Of a stretch of 64,000 nt of DNA, positions 34,750 to 43,792 are shown piece after piece. The notes below the pieces were generated by a model that saw nothing but the letters and a program-made list of their open reading frames with translations, searched no databases and was not told where the DNA came from. Every line of letters begins with the position of its first letter. Within the stretch, counting starts at the first letter, position 1. The translations under genes were made by a program, and so were the position numbers. The DNA comes from Saccharolobus islandicus REY15A (GTDB lineage Archaea > Thermoproteota > Thermoprotei_A > Sulfolobales > Sulfolobaceae): the NCBI RefSeq assembly GCF_000189555.1, contig NC_017276.1, one strand, 5' to 3'.

Positions 34750-36281
34750 TACCACAACACCCTTGGAGAGGATTGGAATATGATACCATAAGTTTTCCAA
34801 TTACTTTTACCATTACTAGTTGAGATGGGTAATTTCTGTTCAGTTTTTTTCTTCTTCATCAATCCCCTATTATAAATCGAAATGGCTATTGCAATTTGTA
34901 TCTCTTGTTCTTCTTTTAATTTGGTCGTAAAGTACTCTGCTTTCTCAGATATATATGCAGTAGTGAAATTACCTTCCCAGAAGTCTGGATCTTGCAAGAT
35001 CAACTTATATAATGGAATTGTAGTTTTAACTCCTCCTATTTTATAATCGTTTAGAGCCCTTAGTCCGACTTGAATCGCGTAGTCTCTACTTTGTCCATAA
35101 ACAATTAACTTGGAAACAAGGGGATCATAATATGGTGGAACCCATGAACCAAGTTCTATACCGCTATCCACTCTCACACCGGGGCCAGTTGGTTCCTTAT
35201 AATAGGTTATGTATCCGGATTGAGGCGTGAAGTTATTTAATGGGTCCTCAGCGTTAATTCTAAACTGTATTGCATGTCCTCTTATTTTCAAGTCTTCTTG
35301 AGAAAAATGTAAATATTCACCAGCAGCTAGTCTTATCTGTAATTTGACTAAGTCTATTCCAGTTATGAACTCAGTTACTGTGTGCTCTACTTGAACTCTT
35401 TTATTAATTTCTAAGAAGTAAAATTCACGAGTAACTGGTGAGAAAACGAACTCCATGGTACCTAAGGTAAAGTAGTTAATTTCTTTCCCAAATCTTATTG
35501 ACGCCTCAATAATCTCCTTTCTTTCCTCTTCTTTAATGGATGGAGAGGGGGCTTCTTCAATTAACTTCTGGTTCCTTCTTTGAATCGTGCATTCTCTTTC
35601 AAAGGCGACTACGTAATTTCCATACTTATCTCCTATTAATTGCGTTTCAATGTGTTTTGGTTTTATAGCAGCCTTTTCTATGTAAATTTCTGCCCTGCCA
35701 AAGGCAGAGTACGCTAATCTTTTGCTTCTTTCAAAAGCCTCAGCTAGTTCACTAGGATTATCAACCTTTATAATACCCACTCCGGCTCCACCTCCCGCAG
35801 CCTTCAACATTATGGGATATCCTATTTCCCCAGCTATCTTTAACGCCTCATCCACATTTTCAATTGGTGTTAAAGGTCCAGGGGACGTAGGGACACCAGC
35901 CTTTCTTGCTATCATCTTTCCTTCCAATTTGTCCTTGATTCTATTCATTACAGAAGCAGAAGGTCCTATGAACACCATTCCAGCTTTTTCAACAGCTTCT
36001 ACAAAAGGCGCGTTTTCGGAAAGGAACCCATAACCGGGATGTACAGCATCTGCATGAGCCTTTTCTGCAGCATCGATAATTCTTTCAATATTCAAGTAAC
36101 TTTCTAAAGCTGGAGGTGGCCCTATCCAATAAGCTTCATCTGCATATTTAACGTGGGGGGCATATTTATCAGCATCAGAATATACGGCAACTGCCTTCAT
36201 TCCCATTTCTTTTACGGCTTTCATAACCCTTATGGCAATTTCTCCTCTGTTGGCTACGAGAACTTTATTAAAGGGTGGCAT
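34749..36281 (-). CDS. accC: Acetyl/propionyl-CoA carboxylase, biotin carboxylase subunit
   Basis: VLVANRGEIA, HPGYGFLSEN, QRRNQKLIEE, FLEINKRVQVEH, GVRVDSG. Confidence 0.95.
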   Translation of the reverse strand: MPPFNKVLVANRGEIAIRVMKAVKEMGMKAVAVYSDADKYAPHVKYADEAYWIGPPPALESYLNIERIIDAAEKAHADAVHPGYGFLSENAPFVEAVEKAGMVFIGPSASVMNRIKDKLEGKMIARKAGVPTSPGPLTPIENVDEALKIAGEIGYPIMLKAAGGGAGVGIIKVDNPSELAEAFERSKRLAYSAFGRAEIYIEKAAIKPKHIETQLIGDKYGNYVVAFERECTIQRRNQKLIEEAPSPSIKEEERKEIIEASIRFGKEINYFTLGTMEFVFSPVTREFYFLEINKRVQVEHTVTEFITGIDLVKLQIRLAAGEYLHFSQEDLKIRGHAIQFRINAEDPLNNFTPQSGYITYYKEPTGPGVRVDSGIELGSWVPPYYDPLVSKLIVYGQSRDYAIQVGLRALNDYKIGGVKTTIPLYKLILQDPDFWEGNFTTAYISEKAEYFTTKLKEEQEIQIAIAISIYNRGLMKKKKTEQKLPISTSNGKSNWKTYGIIFQSSPRVLW

Positions 36282-36297
36282 ACTATATTAATATAGT
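36282..36297. promoter_or_regulatory. Perfect 16-bp palindrome directly upstream of the accC start codon
   Basis: ACTATATTAATATAGT is its own reverse complement and lies between the TATA-like TTTAAA (~36306) and the ATG. Confidence 0.45.
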
Positions 36298-36454
36298 TAG
36301 ACTGGTTTAAAAGTTTTTAACATTAGGAATTTGGGCTTAGTCGATTTTTTAAAAAATTTTCACTATAAAATCCTTTATGCATGCAAGATTTTGTTTTTTA
36401 AACCATTTTTATCTTAACAAGGGGTTCAAAGGGGGTGAAAGACCCCTTCCGTGA

Positions 36455-37675
36455 CGGTAGACCCAAAATCATATTAGAAAAAATATTTCTGGTAGGATAA
36501 TATCGAATTTATAAAAGATAAAGAAATTTATAAGAGTATAAAGAATTCAATTGAAGAAAGGATTTAAGGTGAGGGAGATGGCGTATTACCATGTGAATAA
36601 CCAAGATGGTAACACCAAGTCTCCCTCACCAAAATAATATTCAACAAATAGGATATAAATTACTTTCCATGCTAAACTTCCAAGGGGAAAAGGTAGAGGA
36701 GGTAGCGAAAACTCTCATCTCCGCGTGTTTGTGGAACGATTCAGTAGAGAACAAGTCCAGAGCGTATGACGTATCCCCACAGACCGTGAGGAATTACGTA
36801 GAGAAACAAGGGATGGAAGTGACTGAAAAGCTATTGGAAAGAGCTAGGAAAATATCCTTGGAGATATTAAAGGGAGTGAATGAGATAGATCTTTCAATAG
36901 ACTGGACAACCAAGATATGGTACGGGAAACCAGTGAAAGGGCTCGGGAGCTCTGAAAAAGGAAACTCGTGGAACTACGCAACTGCAACAACCAAGTATAA
37001 GGGGAAAGTGCTTTTACTTGCCTTTATTCCGCAAGTGAACGGTATGACTAAGGACGAGATAGTGAAGGCTCTTGTTGAACAAGTAATGGCAATGGGATTC
37101 AAGATAAGGTTGATAACTCTTGACGCTGGTTTCTATACTGTTGACGTGCTCAACTTCATTTCACAGTTTAAGTACATAATTGCTGTTCCGGTTGGGGACG
37201 TGAAGGTGTACGAGGAGTTTGACGGGGATTACACAACTAATAGTAAGAGGCATAGGAGGGATGAGCAGGTCAAGTTCAGGCTTCTCGTGTACAGCAAGGA
37301 AAAAGTGGGGAGAAAGAAGAAGAGTCTTGTTTACTTCGCTAGGGCTACTAACCTAGACCTATCCAAGAGGGAAGTGTTGGATTTGTACAATAAGGTAAGA
37401 GGTCCCATAGAGACCTCTTATAGGAACATTAAGGCTTTTCTTCCATTTACTAGTTCTACTAAGTTTGTTTTCCGCACGTTGATCTTCGTGCTGGCCCTTG
37501 TACTCTACTCCTTATATACCATATTCAAGGGGGAGGTGGGGAGAGAGGAGTTTAGATTATTATTAATTCTTTTATTTCCTGATTTATTCAATCCAGAGAA
37601 TTTTACATTTAATATAGTTGAAACGCTTATTTATACTATAGATTTATTTTTAAGGAGGTGATTTTGGGTCTACCG
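36455..37675 (+). mobile_element. ISH3-family IS (ISC1200/ISC1225-like), copy 1, 1221 bp
   Basis: Perfect 17-bp TIR CGGTAGACCCAAAATCA; 4-bp TSD GTGA (36451-36454 and 37676-37679). Confidence 0.93.
36606..37661 (+). CDS. ISH3-family DDE transposase
   Basis: SIDWT, LDAGF, IETSYR triad; protein identical to copy 2. Confidence 0.92.
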   Translation: MVTPSLPHQNNIQQIGYKLLSMLNFQGEKVEEVAKTLISACLWNDSVENKSRAYDVSPQTVRNYVEKQGMEVTEKLLERARKISLEILKGVNEIDLSIDWTTKIWYGKPVKGLGSSEKGNSWNYATATTKYKGKVLLLAFIPQVNGMTKDEIVKALVEQVMAMGFKIRLITLDAGFYTVDVLNFISQFKYIIAVPVGDVKVYEEFDGDYTTNSKRHRRDEQVKFRLLVYSKEKVGRKKKSLVYFARATNLDLSKREVLDLYNKVRGPIETSYRNIKAFLPFTSSTKFVFRTLIFVLALVLYSLYTIFKGEVGREEFRLLLILLFPDLFNPENFTFNIVETLIYTIDLFLRR

Positions 37676-37736
37676 GTGAGGGAGGAGATGGATAGCCCCC
37701 TTATATTTAAATAATTCTTTTTCAAATATTCTATTA

Positions 37737-38942
37737 ATGTCTGACGTAGGGTTACGCTTTAGAGCTTACGCTGACGAACAAACATTGAGGGCGTTAAAAG
37801 CCCAATTGAGGTTAGCGTGTGAAGTGTACAACACCCTACGTTGGGCAGACATCTATTTTCATGAGAGAGACGGAAAAGGACTCACTAAGACGGAGTTGAG
37901 ACAACTAGCTCTCGATCTAAGAAAACAGGATAAACAATATCAACATCTATATTCCCAAACACTACAACAGATCGCAGACAGATTCTACGACGCTAGACAG
38001 AGGTTCTTCGAAGGGTTAGCACACTTCCCCAAGGAAAAGAAAGCACACAAGTGGTACTCACTAGTCTACCCTCAGTCAGGTTGGAAAGTCATGAAGGTGA
38101 GAGAAATAAGGACGAAAAGCAAGAAGAACAAGAAGAAGGTAATGACGCTTCAGCTTTCAAACCTAGGTATCTTCAACGTCGTTGTTCATAGGGATTTCCA
38201 ACTGGAAAAAGTGGAGAGGGTAGTAGTCAAGCTGGCACCTTCAGGCAGATTGTACATCACTTTCGTTGTGGATCAAGAGTATCCTCAACTCCCCAAGACA
38301 AACAAAGTTGTTGCTGTGGACGTTGGTGTAGAGAAACTTCTCACTACCTCTGACGGGGAATACGTGCCAAACATGAGGCCTTACGAGAAGGCACTCAACA
38401 AGATGAAGAGACTTCATAAAGCTCTTTCAAGGAAGAAGTTCTTGTCACACAACTGGTTTAAGGGAAAGATTAAGCTTGCAAGGGCTTATGAGTACTTGAA
38501 GAACCTGAGGATGGATATGTACATGAAGCTGGGGAAGTATTTTGCTGAGCATTATGATGTTCTCGTAATGGAGGATATTCATGTTAAGCAAATTGTTGGT
38601 AAGTCTCTCAGAAGGCTGAGGATGAGGTTACATGATGTTGCTTTTCATGAGTTTAGGAGTATCATGGAGTATCAAGTTGGGAAGTATGGTAAGGAGATTC
38701 GTTTTGTTAATCCTGCTTTTACTTCAATGATTTGTGCTAGGTGCGGTTACGTTAAGAAGGACTTGGCTTTGGCTGACCGTGTGTTTGTATGTCCTTCCTG
38801 CGGTTGGACTGTAGACCGTGATTATAATGCTTCTCTTAATATTCTGAGTAGATCGGGGTCGGAACGACCCTTAGTGCCTGTGGAGCTGAGACCTCTACCT
38901 TTGGCAAGCCTCGGCTGTGAAGCAGGAAGCCACGTCCGTTAG
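37737..38942 (+). CDS. tnpB: RNA-guided endonuclease TnpB
   Basis: RuvC-I VAVDVG, RuvC-II VMEDI, Zn finger CARCG...CPSCG, Ruv[12 protein letters not shown]; all catalytic residues present. Confidence 0.95.
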   Translation: MSDVGLRFRAYADEQTLRALKAQLRLACEVYNTLRWADIYFHERDGKGLTKTELRQLALDLRKQDKQYQHLYSQTLQQIADRFYDARQRFFEGLAHFPKEKKAHKWYSLVYPQSGWKVMKVREIRTKSKKNKKKVMTLQLSNLGIFNVVVHRDFQLEKVERVVVKLAPSGRLYITFVVDQEYPQLPKTNKVVAVDVGVEKLLTTSDGEYVPNMRPYEKALNKMKRLHKALSRKKFLSHNWFKGKIKLARAYEYLKNLRMDMYMKLGKYFAEHYDVLVMEDIHVKQIVGKSLRRLRMRLHDVAFHEFRSIMEYQVGKYGKEIRFVNPAFTSMICARCGYVKKDLALADRVFVCPSCGWTVDRDYNASLNILSRSGSERPLVPVELRPLPLASLGCEAGSHVR

Positions 38943-38977
38943 GGCGTGGTAGTTCACATGGTGTTGGCGATTCACGG
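38855..38977 (+). ncRNA. Predicted TnpB omega/reRNA (scaffold overlapping the tnpB 3' end and RE, guide from the flank)
   Basis: GCCTGTGG...AGCTGAG/CTCGGCT stem...GAAGCAGGAA, RE hairpin, TTCAC end at 38957; guide would be ATGGTGTTGGCGATTCACGG. Boundaries inferred from the known TnpB architecture. Confidence 0.6.
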
Positions 38978-39197
38978 ATCCATTGCGAATTGTAATTTGT
39001 GAATAATATAAATATAAAAGTGTTGACACGATTAAGCATGTATTCCCTTTATAAAACGTTTTCACCCAATTAAATTCATTATAGTTTTTGAAATATAGTG
39101 AATTCACAATGGAAATCTAAATAGCCCATGGTGTGCAAAGTATGATCTTGTGAGATATAGTTCAGCAAAATTTTTAATGTAATCCTTTTTATAGTAA

Positions 39198-39251
39198 GTG
39201 AGGATGACGAATCCGGGAACTGATCAGTGAGGACATGCGCGAACGCTGATT
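39198..39251 (+). ncRNA. Box C/D guide sRNA candidate
   Basis: GTGAGGA/GGATGA (C-like) - CGAATCCGGGAA - CTGA - TCA - GTGAGGA (C') - CATGCGCGAACG - CTGA; abuts the permease stop. Confidence 0.7.
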
Positions 39252-40858
39252 CATGCTAAATAAATTCCTTCCTCTGCAACGTATTTCTCCCTTGCTAAAT
39301 CCATCATTTTTCTCGTGAAAAATATTGAGTAAATCATTACTACTATTCCAAATATTAACGAGTCCCATGCTGCAAGAGGGATATTTCCATTTGCAGTAGC
39401 TACTGAAATACTCTTCATAATACCATGGCTGACTTGCAATGTGTAACTGTTTGAAATTTCCCAATATTCTCCTATTGCCAAACCTCCCCATGCACTATTT
39501 ATCGTGCTGGAAAGTCCTGAAATTATATATGGAAATGTTGAAGGTATAATTACATATCTTAACTTATGCCAGAAGGAGAAATTATAGTTTTTCATTATCT
39601 CCCAGTATTGATTAGGCATGTTCTTTATCCCAAGCCAATAACTATAGAAAACGTAATAGAAAGTTGATATGAAACCTAAAAGTATTACGTAAAATTCATC
39701 AGTCCAACTTCCAAATACACTATGAATAAAACTAATGGTAGCTATAAAAAGTAATGGAAAGTAGGCTGGAGCTGGAAAAGACGCATATGTTTGTATTGCC
39801 GGGATTAATACTTTTTCTACTCTTTCACGAGTTGCGATGAAATATCCTAGAAATATTGAGAATACTAGACTAACAATTGCAATGAAAAGAACTCTTATGT
39901 AGTCTATTAAAAGGTTGAAAAGAACGTTGGGAGTGGTTGAGATTAAGTAAAGCCATACCGATTTAGGTACTGAGGAAATTGTAGAGAAAGCCCCATAAAC
40001 TAATAATCCCAATAAAAGTACCGAGATTCCAATGCCCAAATATCTCCAAGGTAAGTTCCTTCTAGTCTCCTCTTCGCTACTTGCGCTTCTGCTTCCAATT
40101 CTCGTCACATATTTAGATAACTTGACAAAAGGAGCTATTGTGTTTGACATTCTCGTGGCATATCTTATTCTCATTCTACCTCTTTTGGTTACTTTTATTT
40201 CAGTGTCTAACCCATATTTAGACACTGTATAGTTGGCAAATCTTCTTAATAAATATGTAAATATAATTATAGGAATTGCAAGAATTCCTAATCCATCTAA
40301 GGCTAGAGTATACTCTTGTGATGCAGTAAACTCCCCAATTAATGTACCTATACCAAATACGTGATAACTAGAACTGCCTATGGAGAAAACCTCACTAACG
40401 GTAATATAGAAGATCGCGTCAGCGAAACTGGGTATAAGGTTAGCCGCTATTCTAGGCCATGAATAAGGGATATATAGTTTTGCCATTTTACCTAGAAAGC
40501 CTAATCTATAGTTTTCACTAACTTCTAAAAGGTCGCTCGGAACAGTCTTGAAAGCCTGATATATCCCTATCCATATATTCCATACTACAGCAGTGAAAAC
40601 TAGAAAATCCACGGCTAATTCTATACCGATATATCCACCAATCCTATATACAAAGAATATTAGAACAACTGGAAAGAATGAAATAACTGGAACTGATTCG
40701 AAAATTTCTACAACTGAAATATAGATATTTTCAAACGCCTTACTTTTTATTGCTATATACCCTAGAAACCACCCGGTAATTATTGACAATCCTATTGTAA
40801 GAAAAACCCTACCTAATGATGCTAGAGAGGCCAAAAATATCAGCAAAATCTCATTCAT
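39251..40858 (-). CDS. ABC transporter permease (NitT/TauT-like, two fused TM modules)
   Basis: Two EAA-like loops (LLEVSENYRLG, YWEIMKNYNFS) and many TM helices. Confidence 0.85.
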   Translation of the reverse strand: MNEILLIFLASLASLGRVFLTIGLSIITGWFLGYIAIKSKAFENIYISVVEIFESVPVISFFPVVLIFFVYRIGGYIGIELAVDFLVFTAVVWNIWIGIYQAFKTVPSDLLEVSENYRLGFLGKMAKLYIPYSWPRIAANLIPSFADAIFYITVSEVFSIGSSSYHVFGIGTLIGEFTASQEYTLALDGLGILAIPIIIFTYLLRRFANYTVSKYGLDTEIKVTKRGRMRIRYATRMSNTIAPFVKLSKYVTRIGSRSASSEEETRRNLPWRYLGIGISVLLLGLLVYGAFSTISSVPKSVWLYLISTTPNVLFNLLIDYIRVLFIAIVSLVFSIFLGYFIATRERVEKVLIPAIQTYASFPAPAYFPLLFIATISFIHSVFGSWTDEFYVILLGFISTFYYVFYSYWLGIKNMPNQYWEIMKNYNFSFWHKLRYVIIPSTFPYIISGLSSTINSAWGGLAIGEYWEISNSYTLQVSHGIMKSISVATANGNIPLAAWDSLIFGIVVMIYSIFFTRKMMDLAREKYVAEEGIYLA

Positions 40859-41623
40859 TATTATTCCCTCCCTTCTTTACTGGGGTTAAGAGCGCATAAA
40901 GTATATCTAAATACTCTTGAAAACTTTCATCCTTTGGATTTCTTGGTCTTTCCAGTTTTATTTCTACTTCTCCAATTACTGTAGCTGGTATTCCGTTCAA
41001 AACATATACTCTATCAGCTAATTCCACTACTTCGCTCAAATTATGAGATACTAAAACTACGCTATGGAGTGTAGTAGATTCATTAAATAGCATTGAATGT
41101 ACTTCTTGCCTTAAACCCTCTGCAGTTAATTCGTCTAAGTGTGAAAACGGTTCATCCATTAAAAGCACTAATGGATTAGCAGCTAAAGCCCTAGCTATTG
41201 CTATTCTTTGTCTCATTCCTCCACTCATTTGTTTTGGATAAAAGTCCTCAAAACCTTGAAGCCCTACTACTTCTAGCATATGCTTAGCTAATCTGTCTTC
41301 TTCTTCTTTGGGTAATTTCCTATATTTTAAGCCTAGTTTAACATTTTCCAACGCAGTTAACCAAGGAAAAGTGGCTATTGACTGGTGTATTAGCGCAATT
41401 TTTGGCGTTGGGCTAGTTACCTTTTTTCCTAATAATCTAATTTCCCCCTTAAGTGGTTTTATGAATCCCCCTAATACTCTTAGGAGTGTTGATTTACCAA
41501 TCCCAGACGGACCTACTATAGCTATAAGCTCCCTATCCTTAGTATACATGTTGATATTTTCGAACACTAAATATCCGTTTGGGTAAGCGTAAGCTATATC
41601 TACGGCCTCTAAGATTCTTCCAA
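40851..41623 (-). CDS. ABC transporter ATPase (NitT/TauT), probable 1-nt frameshift near the 5' end
   Basis: GPSGIGKST, MSGGMRQR, LLMDEPF, LVSHN; track ORF starts at GTG 41567 but the frame continues upstream as ILEAVDIAYAYPNGYL. Confidence 0.85.
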
Positions 41624-41690
41624 CAGCTTCACCGTTTTCTCTCTTCTTATAAATTCTTAAAAGCTTTTCGACTGTTTTTCCTATTGTAAA

Positions 41691-41930
41691 CTACATTGGG
41701 GATTTATCTTTATGACGAAAAATAGTGAAAATTCTTCTTAATTTTAAAAACGAATTTATTATTAATAATTCTATTAGAAAAATCAAACAAAGATATACAA
41801 CATTAAATGGCATTGTAGTTAAAAGTTGGTATACTGCATATCCATAAACGAGTTTAACACTCTCTATTCCAATACTATAATCAACGATCGTAAGCAGTAG
41901 GGAGACCATACCGATAATAATCCACTTCAC
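41691..41930 (-). CDS. Small membrane protein
   Basis: 79 aa with two hydrophobic segments and a basic C-terminus; co-oriented downstream of leuD. Confidence 0.55.
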   Translation of the reverse strand: MKWIIIGMVSLLLTIVDYSIGIESVKLVYGYAVYQLLTTMPFNVVYLCLIFLIELLIINSFLKLRRIFTIFRHKDKSPM

Positions 41931-41963
41931 AATAATAGTATTAAAAACTAAAAAATAAACTTT

Positions 41964-42461
41964 TTAGTTTCGGTTAACTGTCTGCATCTTCTTTAGATAT
42001 TCCATTATTCCTCCAGCTTGTAGAATCTCTAGTGCCATCCCTGTTATGCCCTTTCCCTTAAGCACCTTATTACCAACCAAGATTTCACCAGTCTCCACGT
42101 CAATTTTGACGTAACTGTTTTCATCTATCTCCTTCGTGGAATTAGGCAACGTTATGACTGGTAAACCATTATTTATCGCATTCCTATAGAATATTCTAGC
42201 GAATGACTCAGCAACTACTGCCTTAACTCCAGCAGCCTTTAGGGCGATGGCAGCTTGTTCTCTTGAGGATCCCATTCCAAATACTTTACCCGCAACTATT
42301 ATAACACCCTTTGATGCCTTCTTGTAAAACTCTGGGTCTAATGGTTCCATAGCGTGCTGTGCTAAATACTGTGGGTCAGTATATTTTAAGTACCTAGCTG
42401 GAATTATTATATCAGTATCTATTTTATCACCAAACTTAATTACTGGACCTTCTATTATCAT
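41964..42461 (-). CDS. leuD: 3-isopropylmalate/homoaconitate dehydratase small subunit
   Basis: [32 protein letters not shown]; substrate specificity not resolvable by eye. Confidence 0.88.
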   Translation of the reverse strand: MIIEGPVIKFGDKIDTDIIIPARYLKYTDPQYLAQHAMEPLDPEFYKKASKGVIIVAGKVFGMGSSREQAAIALKAAGVKAVVAESFARIFYRNAINNGLPVITLPNSTKEIDENSYVKIDVETGEILVGNKVLKGKGITGMALEILQAGGIMEYLKKMQTVNRN

Positions 42462-43712
42462 TCAGATCACCCTGGGATCTGTAATCTTACCTTCTAATGC
42501 GCTAATTGCAGCAACAGCGGGACCAGATAAGTAAACTTTAGCCTCATTACTTCCCATTCTCCCTTTAAAATTTCTGGAACTTGTTGATACAATATTCTCA
42601 CCTGGACCAGCTATACCGAAATGGCCACCTAGGCATGGTCCACAAGTTCCATACGTTACAATACAACCAGCATCAACTAATGTTTGTATATAACCTCTTT
42701 CTAAAGCCTCCTTAAACATTCTGTAAGACGCAGGGATGGCGATGCACCTACTCTTGACCTTCTTTCCTTTCATTATTTTAGCAGCTATTTCGAAATCGCT
42801 CAACCTACCATTTGTACAAGAGCCTATGTAAACTTGATCTACTGGAGTACCTTCTAACTCATTTACGACCTTAACGTTATCTACACTATGTGGAGCAGCA
42901 ACTAGTGGTTCCATTTCGTCTAGTTGAATAGTGTATTCATCAACGTATTTAGCGCCGTTATCTGGTATAACAAGTTCTGGTTCGTATCCTCTCATCTCTT
43001 TAATGTATCTCTTAGTCTCTTGATCTGGTATAAACATTAATGCATCAGCATTCATTTCAATTCCCATATTTGATACTGTTGCCCTATAATCCATTGGAAA
43101 ACTTAACGGATCCTTGACGAAGATTTCTAACGTCATTCCATTAAAGTAATCTGCCTTAAAGTCTCCTAGCAATTTTAATGCAACGTCCTTCCCAGTTATC
43201 CATTTAGCAGGTTTTCCTTCTAAAACTACTTTAAATGGTTGTGGCACTACTAGCCAAGTTTTACCAGTTATTACAGCGGCTGCAATATCACTAGCTCCCA
43301 TACCTTGAGCAAATGCTCCTACAGCGCCTGATGTAGTTGTGTGACTATCAGCTGCTAAAATAACTTGTCCAGGATTGGCGTACTGCTCTATCATAACTTC
43401 ATGTAAAATTCCGTAATTTATGTCATAAAAATTAGGAATACCTTCCGATTTCACGAACTTTCTTATATAGCCTTGAATTTCTGCACTCCTTACATCTGGA
43501 GGTGGAGCTAAATGATCAAAAGCTATTACTAATTTACTTTTATCAAAAACTTTAATCATGTTAGCCCTTTCCATTACCTCAATTACGTGATAACCAGTTA
43601 AATCATGAAATGCTACTAAGTCTACTTTAGCCTCTATAACGTCTCCGGGCGAGATATCCTTTCCCGATGCTCTGCTTAAAATTTTCTCAGTTAACGTTTT
43701 TGCCGACATCAA
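42462..43712 (-). CDS. leuC: 3-isopropylmalate/homoaconitate dehydratase large subunit
   Basis: [31 protein letters not shown]. Confidence 0.9.
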   Translation of the reverse strand: MMSAKTLTEKILSRASGKDISPGDVIEAKVDLVAFHDLTGYHVIEVMERANMIKVFDKSKLVIAFDHLAPPPDVRSAEIQGYIRKFVKSEGIPNFYDINYGILHEVMIEQYANPGQVILAADSHTTTSGAVGAFAQGMGASDIAAAVITGKTWLVVPQPFKVVLEGKPAKWITGKDVALKLLGDFKADYFNGMTLEIFVKDPLSFPMDYRATVSNMGIEMNADALMFIPDQETKRYIKEMRGYEPELVIPDNGAKYVDEYTIQLDEMEPLVAAPHSVDNVKVVNELEGTPVDQVYIGSCTNGRLSDFEIAAKIMKGKKVKSRCIAIPASYRMFKEALERGYIQTLVDAGCIVTYGTCGPCLGGHFGIAGPGENIVSTSSRNFKGRMGSNEAKVYLSGPAVAAISALEGKITDPRVI

Positions 43713-43792
43713 TAAGAACTTAAAATTATTAATAAATAAGCATTTCTTACGAAGAAATTACATTTACATCGTACTAAATTCGAAAAAGAAAC

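Larger units (their letters stand above)
36413..38957 (+). mobile_element. IS200/IS605-family tnpB-only element (IS1341/ISC1316-like, 1320 bp once the nested IS is removed), left-end hairpin interrupted by ISH3
   Basis: TTTAT|CTTAAC left end; LE hairpin CCCCTTCC-GTGA-GGGAGGAG (split); tnpB; RE hairpin CCACGTCC-GTTA-GGGCGTGG then TAGTTCAC; no TIRs, no tnpA. Confidence 0.9.

Noticed and set aside
36485-36550. Imperfect tandem repeats (AATTTATAAAAGATAAAG / AATTTATAAGAGTATAAAG) near the ISH3 left end
   Set aside because: Internal to the IS and present in all copies; only two units with no spacers, so not a CRISPR array.
38836-39491. Short ORFs 38836..39039, 38895..39107 and 39189..39491
   Set aside because: They overlap the tnpB right end, the sRNA candidate or the permease; no coding evidence.
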